A DNA stretch of 62,102 nt, filler included, from Choristocarpus tenellus KU-1152 (taxonomy: Eukaryota; Protista; Phaeophyceae), in the NCBI GenBank assembly GCA_964200185.2. It is 14 parts of 14 records of this genome, joined end to end, with 100 filler letters (N's around TTAATTAATTAA, not from the genome) between each part and the next. Parts side by side here need not be neighbours in the genome. Positions count along the whole stretch, not along the records: positions 52,557 to 55,079 come from CAXNAD020027092.1; positions 55,180 to 57,960 come from CAXNAD020024809.1; positions 58,061 to 62,102 come from CAXNAD020016518.1; 11 more parts are not named here. One strand, 5' to 3'. This document shows, one piece after another, positions 53,551 through 62,102 of the stretch; within the stretch, counting starts at the first letter, position 1, and each line of letters begins with the position of its first letter. The notes beneath the pieces are model-generated. The model had not been told where the DNA came from, did no database searches, and worked only from the letters and a program-made list of their open reading frames with translations. Position numbers and translations under genes: made by a program.

Positions 53551-55495
53551 TTGTGCGTGGTAGAGCATTTGTCTCTCTCTGTGCACGTGCTTGTTTCGTG
53601 ATGGCATGTTGTGGAAATTGTTGCGTGGGAGTGAGTAGTCCTTTTTTTTGTGATCTACATACTCGGGGTCTTTTCCTGCATTATTGGAAGGCCTGGTTAG
53701 TTGTGCTGCGCTCCTTTTTGTGGGGAATGGTGGTGCTCTAGAGCGCTTGGAGCTTCTGGGGATGAGTATGAGGTGTCGAGTGCCTAGCACATTTCAGGTC
53801 CGGATGTCTATGTGGTGTGATACTGTCACATTGATCTTCCTGTGGCAAATGCAGGGGGATGTTGTGCAGGGAGTGTCTTGGTTGTGATGAACATGAAAAC
53901 TGTGAACATGTTCTTGAGCATATGTCAAAATTTCGAATAACGTGACAGACGGTATTGAAGGGGTAGGGAAGGTTGCAGGATAAATTCATCTCGGCTGAAT
54001 GTCAGTTGAGGGGGTGCTGTACTGGTTGTCACATTGTATTTCGGATATAACATAGTTCCTTACAACTCTTCCTTAACTTTTTATTATTGTTTTCTGGTCG
54101 TAAGTCTCGTGTTGATGATCTCGTAAAGAGTCGATCACGAAACTTCAAGAATGGTCTAGTATGTACCCTCTTTTTATTTTTTTTTACCTGGTCGTAAGTC
54201 ATATGTTACTAATCTTTTCGCAAGGTGATAACGAAACTTAGAGACTGGTGTAGCATTTACCGTCAAGGGTATATCGAATTAGAAGTGACTTTAAAAATTA
54301 GGGTTGTGAACTGGAAGAATTTACATTAGAGTAGCGGTACAGTTTTGAACTGACTGTACAGAAAAATTTTGATCATTCGAAATGAATCGTGTAGATGTAT
54401 AGGCGCACGAGGTTTCGCACAAGGTACCTCGAGCAAAACGCACGTAGGTTGTCAAGTGGCACATGGTGCTGCAATGTAAAAACTCCAAAGCCTCCACAGG
54501 TCTCAGTTGGCAAATCCGAAGTCATGAACAGTACTGAGATGTGTAGCTGGTTGTGGGAACAAGTGGTGAAACCTTGCGGCGAATAAGTGTTTCTGTGATC
54601 TCTGACACATTCACTAGTTGCACTATTTCTGGTTACATTGTGGTACAAAGAATAGCTTAATTGCCTTGACGTTTTTGGTTCAGTTGTTTGGTCGTTCCAA
54701 CCAATCTAATTGAAGCTGATTGAATTTTTGTCAAGATCCACAATACAGATACAAATTGCACTACCATACGAAGATTGCAATGAAATATAGAGATTCATCC
54801 AGAGGTCTGAAGTGTTGATGTATATATACCACCCCATTATGAGTTGTCTCTGTCACTGATAGTAGTGACGACTGACTTCTCTGTGATGAACCTAAAATAT
54901 CCAAGAGATGGTCCACTGGAGAATGAGACCATCCTCATAGCTGTTGTTGGAGCACTCTCTGTCAAGAGCCAGGCTTAAAGCATCTGGGGGGGGGGGGGGG
55001 GGGGGGGGCGCTCCCCCTTTGGGACCCCTTTTCCTTTTTTGTTGATGGGGAGGGCAACCGTCTTAAACCCCAGCACCCCNNNNNNNNNNNNNNNNNNNNN
55101 NNNNNNNNNNNNNNNNNNNNNNNTTAATTAATTAANNNNNNNNNNNNNNNNNNNNNNNNNNNNNNNNNNNNNNNNNNNNCGGTCTTGTAAATTGCAACCA
55201 GCCTAAAAGAACCCCGCCCTGCCCCCCCCCCCCCCCCACCTCCCCCAAAAAACACCCACTCTAAACCCTAACCCTAGGTATACCACAATACTGGTTCCTG
55301 CCGACCCAATTCCAAAAAGATACATCCCTAATCAATTCAACACCCCAGTCATACCAACAAGTACAAAACAATGTAAATAAGAAAAAAAACAGGCGGGGGG
55401 GAGGGGCAGATCGATACTTACTGCACAGCAATCACAATGAAATAAATACCAACACATTACCAACAATCAAAAGCTGTACTGCACACAAACCCCAC

Positions 55496-56971
55496 CTGGA
55501 AGTAAGGCATGCGGTGATCTGGGACTTGCACGTGTACTTGAAAGTCTGGATTGATGGAGTGGAAGCTCAGACCGTACACCTAGTCACGGACCATAAACAT
55601 CGTTGTTCACACCCACAACCAACAACAACACCACCACTCATCATTAGAAGGCGTGTGAAAATAAGTGATCCAAAGCATTTAAGAAGGGGTTAGGGCCACG
55701 TGGGGTCATAAATCCAATGTTGCGACTTAAAAAACAACAACATAATCTTGGCTATTCGTGTTTGCTAGCAAGTGTTAATATCCTTGCTTTGGACACACCC
55801 TCTCACAGTGGGGTACTCTGAAATGTTTCGGAGTAGGCAACTGTGTTCACACACAAAAACGAGAAAAGGTATAGAAAACCCCCATGGAAGCCAAGCCGCA
55901 CGCGGACAAACAGGGCGACGGTATAGTAAAAAGAACACCCTAGAGTGGTTTGTTTGAGCATTGCAATCAAGAATCGGGACTAGAACGAGACTAAAATCTG
56001 GGTACCTCTTCTATGCTTCGGCTCAGGGTCATTTCGAGGGTACTCATGAACGAAGAATCGATTAACTATTTATTTTATTATCTATTCACGTTATTCTATG
56101 TTGTCTTTTGACTTCGGAAGCTTCTTCTTGCTTGCAGCCATTAAGAGGGCATCATCTCATTCGCGGAACAGGTTAGGGTTAGGACATGTTTCCCCTGACG
56201 GGACCAATTGCACGGTACTTGAAAGCTGAAAAAGGTACCATCCCAGGGTAATAATGAGGGAGAGCTACAGGCAGTAGCGTAAACGTGACCTTCAGACACA
56301 CGTCAGACCAATAGACTCTGCGGCAACATCTCATCTCAACTACTTACCACAATGTACTCAAAATATTAACTAACGCCTCCTTTAAAGATGAAACCAGTAC
56401 CATGCGTCATGTATAAAAGCCCCCCCAACCAGATCCCCCATAAGGGATAGGATAATATCTTCCTCTACATCTGTACCCATCTTACATGTGCTGCACAGTC
56501 TCTCCCCGCGGACATTTACACACACACAAACACATGCATATTCTTAAATGCATTCAGCAGAGCTTCCTCTATGAGTCAATCTCGACAACCCTAACCCTAT
56601 ACTCTCAAGAGGAGGCTGTTCATAATGGTGTACCTCCCTTACTGAACTGGATCACAAACCATGCCCCGCCCGTCCAACAACCTTACCGCTCCATAACCCC
56701 CACTAGTGCTGCCGAACGAATCAACATTTGGAACACGCAACCTGAAATGCCCTTGTGGTTTCTGTTACACAGCAGCAGGCCAGAGGTGCAAGCAGGGCCT
56801 TTTCAAGGGCAAGCTGCCAACCAAAACCCGGAAAATTCCCGACTTGAGCGGAGGCTGAGAACCAGAGGCCTTCGGAATGATCTGAGATATTTCCTTGCTT
56901 TCGGATATAGGACACAATAACCTCTGTGTAGTAATACTTGGAAGGCTTCTTGTTGTTAACGACAAAATCCT
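55496..56971 (-). CDS. Two small phase-0 exons of an unidentified gene (about 56971-56921 and 55579-55496)
   Basis: CAG|EDFVVNNKKPSKYYYTE|GT and TAG|VYGLSFHSINPDFQVHVQVPDHRMPYFQ|GT. Confidence 0.5.
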
Positions 56972-58386
56972 CCTGTGGCATTCGATGAATTAAAAATAAA
57001 GAGTGTTCTCCATCTGTGTGTCTTATGACATTTCTTTCCCATAACTTCTGCAAAATGTCATAAGACACATACACACACACACACACACACACATATCAAT
57101 TTAAAGCATCAATTGAGGAGAAAAATATTTGGCATGCAATGTCAACAGTTCCTTGGGTTGTCAAGCTGCACCAGACTCACCTTGTGAAGTGAACTGAATT
57201 ATCCTACATGAGAGCCATTGTTGCTAAGGGGTCTCTCTCAAGTACATTCTGATTTGGTTCTTTACATTCCTGAATCACATCCTCCATTCCAATGACAAAA
57301 CACTCATCTACAGACCGGATCATTTTTTCCACAATTCATTTCACAGGCTCCAGACGGGGGCTACCTGAACCTCAGCGATGATATTGTGGCGCATCAGGTA
57401 CCCACCTTAATAAATTCCCAACCCTAACGAAATGGATAAAAACAACCCCCCCCCCCCTGAGGACACTTCGGCCCAAACGCCTCCATCGACGCAACACCCA
57501 CAGACCCATCTATCTATCTATATATCTATCTACAAGAGAGTTGGGAACCAATTCTGATTGGAACCAAATATGATAAACCTGTCGTAATTAAACTGATATT
57601 CAGTTATTCCACGTGTCACCTGTACCCCCCCACCAACACCCGCCTCCGAAGTGTTAGTTCTGTTTGTATTGGTTTGCAATGACACCAGTGTACGTACTGA
57701 ATGTACGACATCAGCCTCTCGTCAGTCACAAACCTCTCTACAACTCCAACAGAAATATATTTTTTTATTCTAAGAAATGTATTGAGTTACTACGTAGTAA
57801 ATATAGAACCTGAATAATTCAATAAAATACAATAGTCATTGTTGAATGTGAGCCAAAATGCAGACATGTATACAGTGCTCATTGCAGCAAAAACTCATTT
57901 TGCATCCCCCCCCCCCCCCCCCCCCCCCAAAAACAAAAGAGCACACGACCGCACAACCCCNNNNNNNNNNNNNNNNNNNNNNNNNNNNNNNNNNNNNNNN
58001 NNNNTTAATTAATTAANNNNNNNNNNNNNNNNNNNNNNNNNNNNNNNNNNNNNNNNNNNNGTGTGCGCTTCCCATCTAATGAAAAACGCCATTTAGCTCA
58101 GTTCATACACCTCCCCCCCCCCACCCCGTCTCTCCTCAAGGTGCTCTCAACATGATAATGCTGAGGGGTACTCTTCACCACAAGAAAATAATAACAAAAA
58201 CTTTTACGCACACCTCCTCTTGAAAGAGAGGGAAAAAATAAACAAAAAAAATCCCCAGTCAAGAGTACAGAGACGCACACCTTTGAAACCCCTAATTAAT
58301 TAAATTTTTATTTTACAGGTTACACTTCAAAATAAACAAACGATACCTTGTGGTACATGTGTTTTTGAGCACTGTCAAGCACGTTC

Positions 58387-58414
58387 TAACCCTAACCCTA
58401 ACCCTAACCCTAAC
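58387..58414. repeat. Short interstitial telomere-type (CCCTAA)n/(TTAGGG)n tracts; also at about 48318, 55265, 58558, 59058, 60781, 61047
   Basis: Two to four tandem hexamers at each site. Confidence 0.7.
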
Positions 58415-59375
58415 GTAGCAATGCGATTGCCGAGCTAATTCCTCTCTTTGACAGTTACATCCTCTCATGTAAGGGGGGTTCATTGTGTTCCAGGTGCAGG
58501 CATCAGCGCAGAAGGCACAAACATAAAAATCACCTCAAAACTCTACAAAACAAGGCTACCCTAACCCTAACCCTAACTATGCAGTTCACTTGCTTCATGT
58601 ACTTTACTTCAATCCCCCCCCCCAAAAAAATGTCAACAAGAACTACCTGTGCTTGACGAGCAATACAAGGACCAATACCACACCTGTACCTGTGCTATAC
58701 CTCATGTGGACATCACCACCACTACACATCACCACTTACTATTAATTGAGAGCAATCTAGAACTCTATGGCATGATAAAAGCTCTTCCCACATCTCTTAC
58801 TCACAGAGAGCAGCACCTCACTGCCTTAGTAGACCAGTAAGGTACATCTTATCAGTAGACCAATAAATATAAATCGTCTTCAAGGAGGTGAAAATCAATA
58901 TTCCAAAAACTAAACAGCAATTACGAGTACCTATTGGAATAGAATAATGCTATATATCATTGAAGAAAATGGAAGCACTTTTCACAATTCCATTGACCAA
59001 TCCAGAAATAGCTTCACTTTCTTCCTTTTCTTCTTTCTACCCTGGAAAAAATCTGGATTAGGGTTAGGGTTAGGGGGAGTAGTACAATGCTAAGCACTCT
59101 AACCTCAATAGGTACAAGGAACCAACCTCCACACACATACCATACCTTTGTTATTACAATTATCATTCAAAATACTTCAAAACACCAACATCAAACAAAA
59201 AAACTACTGCCAAAAAAATAAAATGATAACAAAAACAACAGTGCAACACTACACACACACACACACATACCACAGAAAAGAATCTAACATTCACTTAAAA
59301 TCTCATCGACAACATATATATATTTTTTATATACATTTTATTAATATATATATATATATATATACCACACAGTAC

Positions 59376-60889
59376 CTTGCCACCAAAGAAATTCTCTGAT
59401 GAGAAGCACCCTTGATAACGAGCTTCCTCAGCTGCAGACACACTCTTTCCACTTCCACTTGAGGGAGGAGCCTTCTGGGTCATAGCCTGCTTGGAGGCTA
59501 CCTCTGTTGGGTCCATGTTGGGTCGGGGAAGAACCTGGAAAATATATTATTTCATTTTATTTTCAGAGTTGAGTTGTTGCATTGATTGACCTCGACGCCA
59601 ATGATCACACAAAACCCTAACACTAATACCTTACATACCTCTTACTATGCTACCGGGTCTCTGCAGTTTGGGAGGCATTGTCTCAGTACGGCCCCAGAGC
59701 TGTGCACTAACACCACAGAGCACCATTAACACATGTAAAATGTAGAGAGATCTAAAACACACCTTCTAAAATTAAAAAACAAGAAAGTCCTTCATCCACA
59801 GTGTTTGATCAAATAATCTAACCCAATCATCTCCAGAATTTCTTACACACTTACATTTACACTTACAGTTACAAACCTACCTACGCGTATCTAATACTCA
59901 CACCAGCAAATGCCTCATCAACAACAGCGAAAAACACAAAAAAGCTAAAAAAAATTCAACACGCACAACACAGACTTTTATTTTTTATTTTTTATTTCTT
60001 CAATATCACACCATACCTTTTCTTCCTATTTCTTCAAAAGTATGTCAACAACTGTCATCAATTCCACAAAAATAAAACAAGAAAAAAGATAATGCATACA
60101 AACCAATCGTCACCTTCGTTAAAAATCTTCAACCGAGACACACCAAATCAAATCAAACCAAACCAAACCAAACCAAATCAAACCAAATCAAAAATCTTAT
60201 CTCACCCCCCCCCTCCCNNNNNNNNNNTTTTTTTTTGTGGGCGTTGGGTGAGGGGAGGGGGCGCCACCCAAAAGCCCCCCCCCCCCCCCCCCCCTCAGTC
60301 ACAGCAACCATTATCCTGCCTCATAAAATACTACTACTGTGGTCCCGACAGAAGCATGAACATAATTTCACACAAGGCGATCTTGTCACATCAAACTATT
60401 GTCATCTTACAAGTACTTTGACACATCAAAATATCAAAGCAGAACCCACTGCACTATTCAAAGAAACTACCATTCCATAACCCTGACACCTGAAGCAAAA
60501 CATAACCCTACTCAGCATACACGTCAATATATACCATCCCAACAAGGCCCCTAACCCACAGCTACCTTCACCACACATTCAAACCAATCAGTCAACACCA
60601 GCACTTCAGGCAATAAACCCTCCTCAACACCCCCCCCCACCCCCCCCTTCAAAAAACTTTTCCTTGCTGTAATACTTCAAACAAGTACCCTACCAATACT
60701 ACCAAAACGCTGAAACTAACTTCAACCTCCAACAGGAACTCACACTCCCAACACCCCCCCAACATGATACAACAATAGGCTAACCCTAGCCCTAACCCTA
60801 ACCCTTCATACCTTGAATATCCGCACTATCCAGTGCTCGCTAGTAAACGCCTCCTCCATAGTCTCCAGTACAATATCCTTCTTGCCCAC
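59376..60889 (-). CDS. STT3: Oligosaccharyltransferase catalytic subunit STT3, C-terminal exons 60889-60812 and 59534-59376 (partial)
   Basis: VGKKDIVLETMEEAFTSEHWIVRIFK|VLPRPN matches the conserved STT3 C-terminal motif EEA(F/Y)TSEHW(I/L)VRI(F/Y)KV. Confidence 0.85.
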
Positions 60890-61339
60890 CTGCATATCAT
60901 CAATGAACCCCAAAAATATTCATGAGGAATAAATATATATATATATGTATGTATGTATGTATGTAGGTAATGGAAGCTGAACGACCAATGAGAAGGCGTT
61001 GGCATTTACTACTACATACATTTTCATACCCTTTCCATTATGAGGATTTAGGGTTTTAGGGTTAGGGTCAATAAAATGGATCCACTCTACAAACGACATA
61101 ATTTTTTTTGAACAAGAACCACTCTTGGCAAAACTGGATTTGTAGGGGAGTCTACCAGACACCAAAGATGTGAAAAACCCCAAAGAGGACGTCGATAGAG
61201 AGAAATAAAATAAAGATATATATATATATATACATATTTCCAACATGACATCCGTATATAGAACAAAAAAATGAAGTCATAAATTGGTTTTAAAAGTCCT
61301 GAAACAAGTCATTAGGAGGAACATACAAAACGGGTCAAT

Positions 61340-61691
61340 CCAATACACTCCAAAGTATCGTAATATACTCCAAAGTATCGTAATATACCCCAAAGTATCG
61401 TAATACACTCCAAAGTATCGTAATACACTCCAAAGTATTGTAATATACCCCAAAGTATTGTGATATACTCTAAAGTATCGTAATATACTCCAAAGTATCG
61501 TAATATACTCCAAAGTATCATAATATACTCCAAAGTATCGTGATACACTCCAAAGTATTGTGATATACTCCAAAGTATCGTAATATACTCCAAAGTATCG
61601 TAATATACTCCAAAGTATCGTAATATACCCCAAAGTATCGTAATACACTCCAAAGTATCGTAATATACTCCAAAGTATCGTAATACACTCC
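61340..61691. repeat. 20-bp minisatellite TAATATACTCCAAAGTATCG, about 17 copies
   Basis: The tandem array is directly visible. Confidence 0.98.
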
Positions 61692-61695
61692 ACCG

Positions 61696-61796
61696 TGATA
61701 CTCAGTACATTAATAGTTAGTACATTAATACTCAGTACATTAATAGTTAGTACATTAATAGTTAGTACATTAATAGTTAGTACATTAATAGTTAGT
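61696..61796. repeat. 15-bp minisatellite AGTACATTAATAGTT, about 6.5 copies
   Basis: The tandem array is directly visible, abutting the 20-bp array. Confidence 0.95.
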
Positions 61797-62027
61797 GGTA
61801 ACTACACAATGTTAGTGATTGATGAAGAGATCATCTTACAAACACACAACTACAAACACACACAAACACCTTTTCCGAATTCTGTCCAAAAACCTCAAAC
61901 AAACAATAGATCAATAACCACCTAAACTAGTACCACAAAAAAGATCAAATCAGTCCACTCAAAAGATTTTCGATGCAATCTATCTCCATTCATTTTATTT
62001 TTATTTAAAGCATACATGAAAAGGACC

Positions 62028-62058
<31 letters not shown>

Positions 62059-62102
62059 ACCCCTACACTTGAGACCATCCACTCAAATTATAATAAAAAA
62101 AA

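Noticed and set aside
61340-61691. Regular 20-bp repeats as a possible CRISPR array, and the repetitive ORFs at 61277-61693 and 61312-61653
   Set aside because: The units are head-to-tail with no unique spacers, there are no cas genes, and the context is eukaryotic. The ORFs are by-products of the satellite.

Overview
This window is not one locus. It is 14 short contigs (about 2.5-8.3 kb) joined by 13 identical artificial 100-bp linkers (44 N + TTAATTAATTAA + 44 N), so adjacency across linkers means nothing. The DNA is eukaryotic, with GT-AG introns and short exons. By inference it comes from a flagellated stramenopile, probably a brown alga or close relative: it has KAP3 and axonemal dynein, TTAGGG-type repeats, and stramenopile-style domains. 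Splicing exons by hand gives a complete 3-exon COX16 and partial KAP3, outer-arm dynein heavy chain and STT3 genes. It also gives an ankyrin/WW protein, an SGNH/PC-esterase-like protein, and several secreted or unknown proteins. Introns and intergenic DNA are rich in mobile DNA: two decayed Ty1/Copia elements, CRE-like non-LTR relics, and several short TIR (MITE) families. Three of those families share the terminus G(A/G)NYCAAAGTATCT, with 4-bp target duplications where whole copies can be read; they nest in each other and coincide with about half of the contig ends. Satellites of 15, 20, about 24, 77 and 147 bp are present. I found no CRISPR array, rRNA or tRNA gene, and no clearly complete novel multi-gene system. 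The best leads are the Sola-like MITE group with a satellite sharing its terminal motif, an extended STT3 C-terminus, a secreted protein with a bacterial-adhesin-like repeat, and a possible decayed CxC/KDZ-type transposase.
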